A DNA stretch of 64,000 nt from Psammoneis japonica (taxonomy: Eukaryota): the NCBI GenBank assembly GCA_008632985.1, contig QPGO01000053.1:124001-188000 (forward strand), written 5' to 3'. Below, in pieces: positions 47,784-61,038 of this stretch (positions within the stretch are counted from its first letter, which is position 1; each line of letters starts with the position of its first letter). The position numbers and the translations under genes are program-made. The notes under the pieces were generated by a model. That model ran no database searches. It was not told the origin of the DNA and worked only from the letters and a program-made list of their open reading frames with translations.

Positions 47784-49762
47784 ATGTCATTTGATGCCTA
47801 CGTCTCGTGGTCAGACGACAACAATGACGTGGAAAAAGGAAATCGCTCATCATCCAACAACAACAAGAATAACAATCTGGACGGCGTGGGCAAACAAGCA
47901 TGGAACAAACAATTTCGATCCTTTCGAATCATGGCAACACCTTTCTTTCGAGAGAATCCCGCCAGTACATGTTCTTTGGTAATTCTTTGTGTCTTGGCAA
48001 TTCTCAACAGCCTCGTAAGCGTCCTCTTTAGCTACCTTGGCAATTTCTTTTGGACGGCCCTGTCGGACAAGGACGAGAGCGATTTTACGAAATTCTGCAA
48101 TGGTTCGTCGTGGCCTTGCTCCTTTTGGCGCCCATTAATGTCATTTATCGATACCAAAGACAAAAGCTTGCTATTGCTTGGAGAGAATGGTTGACGCAAA
48201 GGACTATGAAATTGTACACGTCGAGTCGAGTTTACTATCAATTGGAATTTCTTCTGGAGAATCGCGACTCGATCGACAATCCCGATCAACGCATTTCCGA
48301 AGACATTCGTTCGTTTGCTGAATTCAGTCTGAGCTTTTTCCTGATTGTCCTCAATTCGACACTCGATCTCGTTTGCTTTTCCATCATTTTGTTTCTGATT
48401 CGACCCCAGCTATTCTTGGCCATTGTTGGCTTTGCCAGTGTCGGAACGTTGGCCACGTGGCTGATTGGAAAGCAATTGATTGTGTTAAACTTTGAAAAGC
48501 TCAAAAAGAAGCCGACTTTCGTTTTTCGCTCGTGAGAATACGCGAAAACGCGGAATCGATTGCCTTTTATGCCGGAGAACACATTGAAATCAAGGCAGTG
48601 ACACGCCGTTTTCAAAGAGTGATTGGAAACATGCACCAAGTCAATGTCGCACAACGCAACCTTGACTTGTTTACTACTCTTTACAGTTACCTGGTATGGG
48701 TCGTGCCTCTCATTGTGGTGGCACCCGAGTACTTTGCCGGCAATGTGGCTCTGGGCGTGGTCCAACAGTCGGCCGTGGCGTTTAGCCATGTATTGTCGGA
48801 CCTATCCCTCATTATCAATCAGTTTGATTCTCTTTCGGAGTTTGCTGCCGGCATTGATCGGCTGTTTCAATTCTTCAATGCCGTCAAATCGGCAGATGAC
48901 GACCGAGACGAAGGATCGCCACTCTTGGCAAAACAAGAAGCAATAGCTGTCGGAGGAGCCAATGCTGTTTCTCAAAGCACTGGCAGCACTATTGAACTGC
49001 GTAAAGTCCAGCCTCCTCTTTTGACTCAAGACGCTCATGCCAGTGGGTCTGCCGCCGTATCCCTGCGGAATGTAACACTCTACACACCAGATTTCAAGCG
49101 CACCTTGATTCACAACTTGACGTTTTCGCTTCCATGGGGCCGACGCGTACTGATTACAGGCAACTCGGGTGTTGGGAAAAGCAGTTTACTCCGAGCCATT
49201 GCAGGGCTATGGACTGCGGGGTATGGATCGGTGGAGCGCCCGACAAATGATTGTGTTTGCTTTTTACCGCAACGGCCCTATTGTGCGCTGGGGTCTTTAC
49301 GAGATCAGCTCTTGTATCCCCATGGCTTGGGACCATGTCGATACCGACAAGGAGGAACCCTACAGTTTTGCTACCGACAGACAGCCCGTTAGCGATCCAG
49401 AACTTGTCGATATTTTAAAGGCGGTCGATTTGACCAATGTGGCCACCCGGGCCGGCAATGGCGATTCAACAAGGGGGTTGGATGCTGTGCTCGACTGGAG
49501 CAACACTCTATCACTGGGGGAGCAGCAACGTTTGGTGTTTGGAAGGATCCTTTCCAACAAGCCAAAACTGGTATTTTTAGACGAATCCACTTCGGCACTC
49601 GACGTGGAATCGGAACGAAAAATGTACGCATTGCTAAAATCTCTGGACCAGGGACGTCTGACCTACATTAGCGTCGGCCATCGCCCGTCGCTCGAGGAGC
49701 ATCATGACATCAAGTTAATCTTGAACGGGGAAGAAAACTACTCGGTGGAGACAATAAAGTAA
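47784..49762 (+). CDS. ABCD/YddA-type half ABC transporter; frameshifts near 48090, 48508 and 49320
   Basis: IDNPDQRISED, RIRENAESIAFY, GNSGVGKSSLLRAIAGLW, LPQRPY, LSLGEQQR, LDESTSALD and SVGHR. Confidence 0.9.
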
Positions 49763-50772
49763 ATCGTCATTGCCAACATCAAGAAGGCGTCGGATGGTTT
49801 TTTGAGTCGTTCTCTTTCCAATGTTTGTAGCGACCCGCAGCTCTCGGTGACAATGGATGAGTGAACCTCAAAGATCACAACATTTTGTTTCAAGTAGCAA
49901 CGATGTGCCTTTCCGCACCGCACTGTCGCCCCGCCTGCCATTTTTTCTTGTTTTCGTTGAATCAACAGCTGGCCTGCAGCTGATGGGAGTTTGCAAAAGA
50001 CAGGGCGAAACAAACTTCTCTTCTAGAGAGTAGGCTTGTGCATGCGCAGAGATGGAGGAAAAGAGAGATTCGAGGGACACGCAAGTTACTTACCATGTTT
50101 TTAATAGATTCTGACTGATACAAGGCCTTTCTTATTATGGTTTACCACCCAATCAATGCGCCTTCATTCTCTCGAAGAGCCTTCTTTTGCGTTTTCGCGT
50201 TTCGAAGGGAAGTTTGTGAGACTGGTAAATCGTGGATGTCCGTTGAGTTGGATCGTGCGTATGCAGACCGTATGAAATGAACGTAGGCTTAACGCAGCTT
50301 TAAATTCATCCGTTAACGTTATCACTATCGGAATTTTGTGGGCGTATATATGACACCGAATATTTTTTAAATAAGTCTTCATTTTATACATACATTTGGT
50401 TCCACGATACACTCCGTTCACTCTGTTCATCGCAAATTTGTTTTTGTACCAAGCTTCGCGTGGATTCTACGATGTTTGTCAGGTGCGACCAACGCAAGCG
50501 CGTCATTGAAATTCAACCCACGTTCGTTCAATGCTCGATTAGCAAGCGAGCGGACATTGAAAATCGCATCCAACAAAAGGAGACTTGGGAAGAAATTCAC
50601 ATTGCTGAAGAGGTATAGGGACTGCCTTACGTTCATAGATCGACTTATAAGGTCACTTGAGAGACCCTTTGACTTACAATTCTGATTCTGAATTCGCGGT
50701 TGAAGTTTGACTCAGAAACGCGATAAATACCGAAATTGAAAAAGAAAACGAAACAAAAATGCTTGGCAGTCT

Positions 50773-51946
50773 CATGGAAATGATCCGTTCCGGTGCGGGT
50801 TGGGGTGTGACACAGAATCATCGTGCTCTTCAAGGTGGAATTCCGGTGCTGGTGAACCTACGCCCGTTTGAAGTACTTGTGGACGTGACAAACAGTTCAG
50901 CGGTGAACCCGATTCGACTTCAAACGACGGTTGGAACATGGATGCAAGACGGCTTTAACGATGTGATTGATCGATTGGGATCCGATCTCTTTGCTCCGTT
51001 TGAACAGATATTTCTGACGTTTCAGCAAGACACGAGAAGATCATTGTTGCGAGGAGTTTTGGAACACGCCGCGGAGGAACGCGAACTTCAGCAGCTGTAC
51101 AAGGCGGCGTATGCAGGCGTGTCTGTATGGTCAACGACCGAAGGGGCGACCGTGCCGTCGGAGGATCTAGTGGCATCGATTCAGTTACAAACAATTCTTA
51201 CAGCAGACACAGTCTTGCTTGAGTACCTTCAAGACCCATCGCTCAACAGCGCCGGTTTGGGTGATGCGGTTCAGGCCGTTCAAGCACAAATTTCAGGCAA
51301 CACTGGCGGAGGAGGAGGAGGTGGCGGCGGCAACGACGGACTGGATATAGTGGTAATTATTGCCATTGTTGTTGCTGTTCTTGCGTTTCTACTGCTTGGA
51401 GCTACCTTATTTTTGGCGTACCGAAGGAATGCGAAACAGAAGGAGGCGTACAAGGTTGGAGCGCCTCGTCCTCCTCCCAATACGACCGCAACGGAAGAAA
51501 AGGAATCGGGGTCTAGGAAGTCAAAGGAGAACGGAGTGAAACCTCCCGTCAGTATCAATGGGTCTAATGACTATGCTGTCAGTGATTTGGGGGCGCCAAG
51601 TATTCTGGAAAGTGAAGATCAGGGCGGTGGCTTGTATCCAGAGAGTCTCATCAGTGAAGATATTAGCACGTCTTTGACGGCATACTACAGAGGCGGCATG
51701 GCAAGTCGGAATTCGTCAGGACCTTTGGGTAATCCAAGAGACCTTAATGATGCTGCGAGTATCAGCTCCATGGAAAGCTATGGATATTCTCTTGATGGAA
51801 TTCAGAGCACTGTCGCTACAAGCCGACAAGACTCCTTCCTCAATAATGGCACTGAAAAGGCGCCTGAGGTCGAAGAAACAGAAGACAAGCTAGATGTTCC
51901 TACGCGAAACTTTGACGAGCCTTCCAAGGACGATGTCTCGAAGTAG
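50773..51946 (+). CDS. Uncharacterised single-pass membrane protein
   Basis: ~390-aa ORF; poly-Gly then TM IVVIIAIVVAVLAFLLLGATLFLAY-RR; tail motif SSMESYGYSLDG. Confidence 0.7.
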
Positions 51947-52172
51947 CCGTGCTATCTTGACTTGGCGTTGATATCATTTCCGGTGTCGACGCACGCATTC
52001 GGATACTGTATTTCCCGTGTTTTTTGTTCTGACATTTCTATAAGGCATGATAAGCAGTTAGGCTTTCATCTATCTAAGGTAGTTAAAAATTGCATTTGTG
52101 ACTGTTTTGAAATAGCGTACTCTTGGTAGAAACAAGGATACTCTCGTACGATAAGGTGCTCTCGATGCTTGT

Positions 52173-55100
52173 TTAGAATTCGGGGTAAATTCCGACCAAT
52201 CCCTGCCTGACGGCGTAAAACACGTCGAGCACCAAAGCAAGGTCGTCAGAACTGACTTGGAAGAGGTTCTTTACGAAATCGTACAAGAAGAACTGCAACC
52301 CGATAACCAAGAAGAAGAATGCCGATCGAGCAGGTAACCCAACAAAGAGATTTGCAATCCCTCCATCTTTGCTTAGCAGTTCCTGTACAACTGGGCGCCA
52401 GTCAGATTCATTTTTCTCATCCTCATCCTCTTCTGTTTTGCTGTCCAAATTGTTGACCTCTTGTTTTGCTTTTGCTGATGTTAGCGTTAGAATCAAATCT
52501 GCGGGATGGCTAACGATGGCGCCCGCAATCCCAGCCAGTGCCCCCGACAATGCTGAAATTGCCAACCCGGTTGTGCCCACTCCTATCTGTATTGGCATTG
52601 CGCCATGGGCGGCCATTGAGTTGAGGGTGGATATTAACGTGAGGGAAATGAGATCAAAGACTAGGAATTTCGTGACGGCGAATGGCAGTTCTCTGAAAAC
52701 AATGGGGTAAAAGCGAGAAAACAAAGGAGCAATGTCTTGCTTCCGTATATCCTTCAGTGAAAGTCCCTCCTCAACTGAATCACCACCGATTGATTGCAAA
52801 TTTGTCGCATCGTCACCTCGTTGTTCATTCTACAAGAATAACAAAGAGAAAACAATTGAGAAGGGATCTGACAAGCGACGACAGCAACAGAAATACCAAA
52901 TCTCTGAACGAAGCTATGCTTACCAAGAAGTCTTTTAAAACTTCAATCCAGCTCTTAGATTCAACAAGGCTCATGCTTTTCACTCGCAATGTCTCGAAGG
53001 GAGTCGCAACGAAACTGGTGACAACACAGGCCACAGCAGCCGCAGCCAACAAAATAAACTCCGATCCAGTTTCACCTCCGGTCTGAGAATAAAACGCTGA
53101 CGTGAAGGAACGCCGAAACAACTCTGTTGCTCCAAAGCCAAGGGATCCAAATACAAGCGATGCAAGAAAGGTAATGTCCGAGCTTTGAAATAGGCCCGAC
53201 AATCCCTTCAGCGTCACAATTGCTTTCATCATGTCGATAGTACCGACAGAAACCGCGGCCTCTTCCTCTTCGTCAGCCACGGCCACAGCTTGCTCTGGCA
53301 TTGTCAGAGTCGCTGTACTCGTAGACCCTTCAAAGGATTTAGAGGGTAAGGTCTGCGCAGCTGGACTTACTCCTTCAGCCTTCCTTGTTCCGGGATTTCC
53401 CTCTTTTCCCTTGTCACTCTCAAGTCTCTCCTGCATTATGTCATATGCAACTCGATCTACTTCCTCATTTATATCAAACAACTGAAGGTGAGTCTTGGCC
53501 AATTCCAGTGGATTTAGCAAAGTACGAACAAGGACTGTGCAGACAGCACCACTCAATGCAAGGCGCCAATACTCGTCAGCTTTAAGAGAGCGAGCCGTCT
53601 TTTGAATCGGGACAGTACCGACTCCTCCAAAGATTGGGTCAATGGCTCGATACTGAGGTGAGGGCAACTTAACATTCACAGGGACTGGAGGGAGACCTTG
53701 AAGTCGGTATACACCGTCCACGGTCAGCCGGGGCCTGACGGAACTTGGAATTAAAGCCAAAGCATCTCGTTCAAGCCTTTGCAGCATGCTGTTCTCCACT
53801 GCCTTCGATGACATTTCCGTCACTGGTAAGCCATTCCCATAGTTCATGGCAAACACTTGAGCTTTCAGAAATTCTTTTTCAAATGGCACTCGCCCTGCTT
53901 TTTGAAAGATTTCACCTGTGGATACGTACCAATCTGGGTCGTCCTTGGGTGGTGTAACGAAAACTGCCGGCGGCTCAGAAGCAACATATCCATTCCCTCC
54001 TTTCACAAGTTCAATACCGGCAATTTCATACTCCAGCTCCGCCACTGCCTTTGCAGGACGAAAGACAGCGTCGCTTCCACTCTTGCCTTTCGTTTTGCCA
54101 TTTTTCTTTGGTGATTTTGGGGGTGATATCTGTACCGTCGGTTCAATGTCTCCGCCTCTTCCACCACCAAAGCCAAACCCCGGATCAAGTACAATCACGG
54201 ACTCCACATGGCCACGGCGATCCAAAATTGCGCAAGCATCGCACTGCTTTCGAACCGAACCTTGCTTTATTGTCACGGTCGGAGCAGACGCGTAGCCTTC
54301 ACCAGGATCAGTCACGCGAATTCGGAGAATTCTCGAGGTGGGCTTTAGTAAAGCCCGAGCTTCTGCTTGCTCGAAGTCGTCTCCAAGGGCCGGTGGTGGC
54401 TCAATGATTACTTGCGGTGGCTCGTAAATTGAATATCCGCCTCCACGGCGACAGCTGGTTCTCGAATTCACCTCGCTCGTATCAGCTGGCGGTCGAAGGA
54501 TTTCCAACTCTGTAATTGTGGCATTGTCCGCCTCTCCCAAGAGACCACAAATCTCGGCTGTTGGTTGTAGCTCTTTTGATGAAATTAGTGAGAACAAAAT
54601 TGCTAGCTGTCGCTTGGACGAAACCGATGTGTAGCGTGCTTTGAGTAAGGCGTAGAGATTGAGCACACCTTGCCGCGCCATTGATATGCTGTCTTCGGTT
54701 GACACTGCGTCATCTGTCGGTTTGAACAATGAGAATTTTCCCATTCTTTTCGAGGTGCTTTTCTTTGACGGACGCATTGATTTTACTGGTGCCGCAGCAT
54801 TCAGTCCAGCCTTCGCAGCAGTTACTGAAGCATAAGACCCGTATGGTCCGACAAAGTAGTCTGCCAGACCAATTTCGACACTTTCGGCAAACTCTGCAAA
54901 TTTGGCCTGCCTCTGAGACTCATCGTTAGGCGACACATCAGACAATGGCGTGTCCCACGTGTCTGCGTATCCCTGTTTGATCCACCAAGCATGTGCTGCT
55001 TGATCATATGTAATGAGAAATCTAGTCAGGTATGCGATAAATCTTGTTTCGTATACATCTTGAAGTGCTTCACCAGGCTTCAATCTTTGCTTTTGTTGAA

Positions 55101-55491
55101 ACCCCTCACGCCGAATGCCTCTTGTTGCTTCACTTCCACCACTCAACATTTCGCCCTTGGGTGAATACAGTTGTCCCGTTGTAGTATCAAGTTCTGGTCT
55201 AGCTGCCAAAGCTGAAGCTGGAATACAGGCGGTTGCCGCGATTAAACTTCGCAGTGCCCATCGGCGGGCTTCACTTGGTGGAGAATCGTTGATTTCATCG
55301 CAACAATCATGTGGCCGTTGACGAATATTGTGTAATTGCAATAAAGTGGAATGTATAGCAGGATCAAAGCGCAATTGACCGATTCTGGACGGCAAAATAT
55401 AGCTCTGACTCGGGGACAAGGTCAGCGCAAGAACGAAGAAGAGGATCAACAGCCTCAATTGTAACTGATAAGCGCTCATGTTCAAATGCAT
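52173..55491 (-). CDS. Signal-peptide-bearing protein with GxGY..P.V repeats and a C-terminal mitochondrial-carrier (SLC25) domain; intron 52830-52923
   Basis: Carrier motifs PLELAKTHLQ, PFETLRVK and HPADLILT; GT-AG intron joins ORFs 52825-55491 and 52173-52799. Confidence 0.82.
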
Positions 55492-56067
55492 CCCAACAAC
55501 CTAGCAAAGCTATTGCGTCACTTTTTGCTCATTTCGATGGTTGTTTTGGTGGCGTTCTCATTCTCATCGATGCGATGATGTCACTCTCCAACTCGCACAC
55601 AACGCGAGAAGACATACACATCAACTATTTATCGATACAGGGGAGCTCGTACACGTCTCTATTTTCAACACTTTGCACGAGCTCCACATAGGCACTATCT
55701 TGCGCGTGAAAAACGCATGAGTGCGGTTTCCCTCCGACAATACAACTGATCTGCTACCGATCCATACTTGCTTTTGAGCTATGCAACGTACAGAATACTC
55801 TACTCTCTCTAGAGGAATGTGATGTGCAGTGTAGTAATCTATCTAACTACAAGGTCTATCGTTATATAATATTTGCGCCCCTTCAGCAGAATTCGCGAGC
55901 TCGATTGAGCGCTATCTTTGGGACACAAACGCATGCGTGTTGCGGTCCAAAGACTCACTCTTTGAACTTCCCTCCGAGCGACGGTCGATGGTGTCAGTCA
56001 CGACGACGACGGTGAAGACACACAACATCCACCGAGTGCTGTACGACATATACCCCAGTGGATGATA

Positions 56068-57122
56068 ATGATGCACAGGAAATGCCCTTATCTCGTTTCC
56101 TTGGTGCTTGCGTTTGACGTGTTGTCAAGTAGCGATGCGTTGGTAGCACCAGAAGGAATGGGCCGACGTGCCATGATGGGATGGCTGGGGGCGGGAACTG
56201 CCGCGGTGCTATCACAGCAACCTGGGTGGGCTCGAGAAGATAACAGACCCGACTCACTGAATGTTGATGACTATTTGCGAACTGGTGGTGTTGCTCAGCC
56301 AATGGGCGTATCTGGACAAGCTGGAAAAAGCCGCCCAGAAACGGGGGTTGTGTTGAGGTAGGGTTTCGGAAGACGTAAAGGAATGCAGGATGACTTAGAA
56401 AATCGTATCGTAAACAGCATCCTTACAGTTTCAGCGTTTTCTGCTGCCAGGGATGGGAGTGAAGTTGCTCAGGATGGTTCTGGGAACGTCTCAGTAGAAC
56501 TCGTCGTAAAGGACACCTCGAATGAGGCAATAGCAATTTTGACAGGATTTTCTTCTCCGTGGTCGCTTGGTAAGATTTTGGTATCGTCGTTAATCTCATC
56601 GTCCATAGTATGTCTAAATTCCTATTTCACTTGACGAATTGCTATCTGTGCGACGTAGCTACCGGCTCTGTGTTTGACGTTGAGTGTCGCGATGCAAAAT
56701 CAGGCGATGGCGCGTTCTTGGCCGTCACCGACAGCGTTGGAGGCAAGTCTTTAGCTGACGTGAAAGACTCCTTTTTTGTCAACCAGCTAGTAAAACCCAC
56801 TGGTCGTTTCTCCTTTTACGGCACGCCGACGGATGTCAAGGTCACTAAAAGCGCTGTCAAAGGAAGCTACAAAATCATTGACTTGTCCTTTTCAACTCTG
56901 TCTCAATCGACACAAACCGAAATTCCCCGCAAGGCTCGTCTTGCTGCTACTATTCCGGATGGCTCTACCCAGGCTGTCATGTTGGTTGCTAGTGCCTCTG
57001 CTCTTCGTTGGAAGAAGGGATCTGAAAAGACAATCGACGATACTATATCATCGTTTCGCGCTGTCCCTGCTCCCAAGTCTGCTCTCAAGGTGCGAGCCAA
57101 GAAGCGCGAAAGTAGTTTGTAA
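56068..57122 (+). CDS. PsbP-like thylakoid lumen protein; 3 exons
   Basis: Signal peptide plus RR motif and hydrophobic AWA-type lumen leader; GRFSFYGTPTDVKV; introns ~56358-56450 and ~56570-56658. Confidence 0.65.
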
Positions 57123-57714
57123 AGGCGAGAACGCTAGCTAGAGGCCTACGTATTGCTATTACAAATGTATGGTAGGGTTCTGAAATTTTAAATACAGCAC
57201 TGCCCAGACAAAGCAATTAATGCTCTAACGAAGCACTTCGAAGCGAGGTTGTGCAACAGCACGTATGCTCTTTGCATAATAGAGAGTCTAGTAGAGAGAG
57301 GTCAAACGAATTTGACCCAGCCCAGCCAACACGATGCATCCAACTAATGCATCTGCTTGTTTCCACGACATCGAGTTGGAGTACCTCCTGTGACTGGACA
57401 TAATGCTGAGCAAGGGAACTTCATGATACACAGTTTGATGAGTCATCGCAGTCCTGTCCTGTGGAATTCTGATGAATCATTTGGAGTCGTGTTTGCTGCC
57501 GCAGCGACCAGCGAAGCAAATGCCTTCGTAGTTTTAACGCTAACTTCTGGTACAAACAGATGCTACGTAATTTTTCACAGGTGTCATCAGTACATTAAGT
57601 CGTGAGTCAGCACCACCTCAGCGTATTTGCACCGAATTCTCTCGGCCTTTTCTTCTCACAAATTGCATTGCAACACATTTTAACGTCAACTACATTTACT
57701 CTTTCCGAAACAAC

Positions 57715-58392
57715 ATGGTTCGCCCAAGCATCAGCACTATTTCTCTTTTGGCCATGGCGGCATGCTCGTGCAGCGCCTTTGCTCCAGTTGCTACAAGACC
57801 ATTGACATCGTCTCTGCAGGCGGCGGCTGTCGGCATTCCAGAACCACCGCAAAATAACATTTCAGAGCCAATGAAAACTGAAAGTGTTCTTGAGTCGGAG
57901 AGAACCGAAACGTCTCCTGCTTCACCGAGAAGCCCATCTCCCAAGCCAAAGAGGAAGGGCGGCGGCAAAGCACAGAAGCACAACGAGGGAATATTCTCCC
58001 CGGTTGTGCAGCTCTTCAAGATCATTCTCGGGGACCAAGAATTGAACAAGGTTCGGGCAAAGGCCATTTCTATGCACTCCGATGTGATTGGTTCTTTTGT
58101 CGAGACTGCGGATACTGAGTTTGGTCAAGCTGTTCTGCGACGACTGTTTGAATTGAGCGACAAGGATCACGACGGAACTATCGACAAGGAAGAGCTCCAC
58201 GAGGCCCTTTCGGCACTAGGATTTTCTTGGTTGAAAGACAAGCAAATTGAAGGAATTCTGAAGCGATCTGATGAAGATGGCAATGGTGTTCTTGACATTG
58301 ATGAGTTTTCCGCTGCTGCCCCCAAGACACTGCGAACAAACTTGGTGAAGCTTGCAAAGAAGAACGGAGGAGAACTTGGGTTCCTCGTATAA
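57715..58392 (+). CDS. Plastid-targeted EF-hand protein
   Basis: CSA-FAP cleavage motif; EF hands DKDHDGTIDKEE and DEDGNGVLDIDE. Confidence 0.88.
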   Translation: MVRPSISTISLLAMAACSCSAFAPVATRPLTSSLQAAAVGIPEPPQNNISEPMKTESVLESERTETSPASPRSPSPKPKRKGGGKAQKHNEGIFSPVVQLFKIILGDQELNKVRAKAISMHSDVIGSFVETADTEFGQAVLRRLFELSDKDHDGTIDKEELHEALSALGFSWLKDKQIEGILKRSDEDGNGVLDIDEFSAAAPKTLRTNLVKLAKKNGGELGFLV

Positions 58393-58759
58393 ATAAACCA
58401 AAAGCGATCGACACTAGCATGACATAAAGAATAGAATTACATATGAACAGTACTGACTGATAGGACAATGTGTTATTGATCTAGTCGACGCTCTGATTGC
58501 TGTGTTTCGGTTCGTTTCTAAAATTTTCTTTTACGACGCACGCTCCCACGTCCATCGTGACATATGAGTCAGTAGTGTCTAAGAAAACACCTTACGGAAT
58601 TGCGGTATGATGATGCAGCGTTAATGGTAGTTTATCTCGGAAGTAAGGTCATCATACGTCTGAAACGAACATGCAACCGTAAGAAGTAGTTCAGTGCCGG
58701 TAGGTCTGAACGTGAGCATACAATGATCACCCCATGGTAAAGATTTATATATATATCCT

Positions 58760-59527
58760 CTAGAGAGACACAACGTGAATGCCCAGTGGGAACTCGACAG
58801 GATAGATATTGGTGACGCGAATGGTATAACCAGCATCAGGCGGAGTTTCAAACTCGCAGAACAGCGGAGTCTTGTACCCGTTCGAAGCATAGTACTCAAT
58901 AGATTGCTTAATGTTGTTGGGTCCCTGCAACAACTCAAGCCTGACATTAATGTTTCGAGCGCCTTCACCAGCCTTGAGGAAAACCTGTACCTTGTCCCCA
59001 TAATGCGTAAACGTCTTGACGGCGCCACCACCTTGAACCAACTGACTTGGTGTTTCTGAAATGGACTCGGCTGCCTCAAGGATTGGAGAGGGAGTACCTG
59101 GTTGTTCCTTGGCCACGCGAGCCCGTAAGGGAAGCTCTTGCGGACCAGTGTTGAGCAGCCGGACCGTGTCAAATTCGCCTTTTTGTTTCAGCACGACGTT
59201 AAACGGGAAGGTTGCGCCATCTTCAAGATACACCTTCAAATTGGCTGGCTGATAATTGGGACCCGACCATAGCGAGATCTCAGAGTATGCAGGACGGCCA
59301 CTGGTAGTCACCTTTACGTGAACATGCTTGGAGCTAGGATCGAGATCCCATGTTCTGAGAGAATCCCCCTGGATAAGCACGTCGGAGAAATATGTTTCCG
59401 TTTGCAAGCTCATATCTAATTTGGTACAAGAAGAAGGTGCCTTGGATAAGGTAGGCTGTATCACAAATGCAGAAGCAGAAGAGGCGCACGCCGCAACGAG
59501 CGCCATGGCAGAGGTAACGAGCTTCAT
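58760..59527 (-). CDS. Diatom-type protein with bipartite leader and two internal repeats (xQGxxxxT...V.V.L...L..GP)
   Basis: MKLVTSAMALVAACASSASA-FV; IQGDSLRTW...LWSGPN and VQGGGAVKTF...LLQGPN; ELPL/EFPL. Confidence 0.8.
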   Translation of the reverse strand: MKLVTSAMALVAACASSASAFVIQPTLSKAPSSCTKLDMSLQTETYFSDVLIQGDSLRTWDLDPSSKHVHVKVTTSGRPAYSEISLWSGPNYQPANLKVYLEDGATFPFNVVLKQKGEFDTVRLLNTGPQELPLRARVAKEQPGTPSPILEAAESISETPSQLVQGGGAVKTFTHYGDKVQVFLKAGEGARNINVRLELLQGPNNIKQSIEYYASNGYKTPLFCEFETPPDAGYTIRVTNIYPVEFPLGIHVVSL

Positions 59528-59804
59528 GGTGTCGAGTGTCCCGGTATCGGGTGTCGGGTATCGGGTTGCAAAATGAGAGTGGCAACCGGCAGATGTGAGT
59601 AAATGAGAAAGGAAAAAGGCCGCAATGACGTCCGCGATCTTCACGCGAAAGATCGATCGCAAATATTCGAAATTCTGCGCAACGGCGTCACAAACGCAAC
59701 GCCGCGCGCCGCCGCCGGCCGAAGCCAGCGCGTTCTGCCACTCGTTCACTAACTCCAAAGAACGAAGCAGACAAACATACCGTACCAAGCAAACAGCGAC
59801 GGCG

Positions 59805-60455
59805 CTGGCTGTTCACTGTCACGGATGCCACGACAACATGATCTTCTGTTCCTGCAGTTGCCATTTGACAGTTGCACATCTGCAAGCACCTGGATGTTTT
59901 TTTTCAGCTCTGATGTGCTGTTTTGAATGAGGCGTTGAGCCCCCCACTCCCATGCACCTTTGCTGCTCGCTCTGCTGCTTCTGTCCCTTTTTGAGCGTGG
60001 TGTGGGCAGACATGTTGTGACTGCAACAGGAGATTGGCACAAACAGCCAGTGCGGTCGATTTCTACACCAAGGCCCATTGCTGGATCATCACCACCTCCA
60101 GATCTAGCATCTCAAAGAGGCCACAAGAGCAAAAATGCAAAACTAAAAGAGAGGCGATGACTCTCTTTCAAGCAACCAATTTTTTGGAAAAAGCCCTCCT
60201 GGTGTCTGACCTTGCCATCAGGCCCTTTTAAAAATCGCAGGTCCAACATTGCTCACTCACACTTGCCCCAATGACTCTCTTTGAATCAACAAGTTTTTGA
60301 AGAACCCTCAGCTCAGCTTGTTTGAGCCCTTGAAATCGCAGGTCCAACGTTGATGCTCGCTCAAACTTGCCACACCACACAGAGACTGATGATGAATGAT
60401 CCGATCCAATGAATCATCAAAGACACGCGCAAAAGCAAGAAAAGGAATCCCGCCA
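59805..60455. mobile_element. Short TA-depleted repeat relic with an internal ~110-bp tandem duplication
   Basis: About 4 TA in 650 bp; 60157-60268 resembles 60271-60370 (atgactctcttt...aaatcgcaggtccaac...acttgcc). Confidence 0.55.
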
Positions 60456-61038
60456 TGTAATTATAAGTGTTCGAATAAAATATATGAACAGGTCGATCTA
60501 ATAGGAATCTTTCGAAAATGACCCGTGACGTAAAAAGCATAAATTACTTATAGACGTCCGTAGAATCTACACGTTTTTGTACCAAAACTGTTATCTTCTC
60601 AAAACTTTCGCAAAAAAGGACATTACTGCTAATCAGGTGTATTTCTGCAAATATGTTGTTCTAAAATACGCATGATCAGTTTGCAGTAAAGTCCATTTTT
60701 CGCAAAGTTAAAATTTACTAAGGACAGACAGACAGACTTTTCAATAATTATCTTGGTACTGTTCTACACATTTCTACGTAAATGACTCTACGGCGCGAAA
60801 GATTGCTATTGCCCCCAACGGACGAGCTCACAAAATTGCGCAACCACAGACCACAAGACGGCACATGACGACTCTCTGTCCTAGGGAGCAGGAGTACTCC
60901 TCAACGCACCAAAAGCGCAAAAGAGCACAAAGGCAACGTGGTTCCACTGAGATGGAATAGAGCATTGTCTGTAACACCCCTGTTTTGATTCCTGATTTTC
61001 AACACAACCGCGTTTTTTAGCAGACGCTCCAAAAAAGA

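Noticed and set aside
17290..49330. Frameshifts in NVL, PsuG-PfkB, ABCD, DUF1995-like and the repeat protein read as pseudogenes or programmed frameshifting
   Set aside because: Most look like single-base losses, often in short homopolymers, in otherwise intact conserved genes. This is typical of long-read assembly error and needs read-level confirmation.
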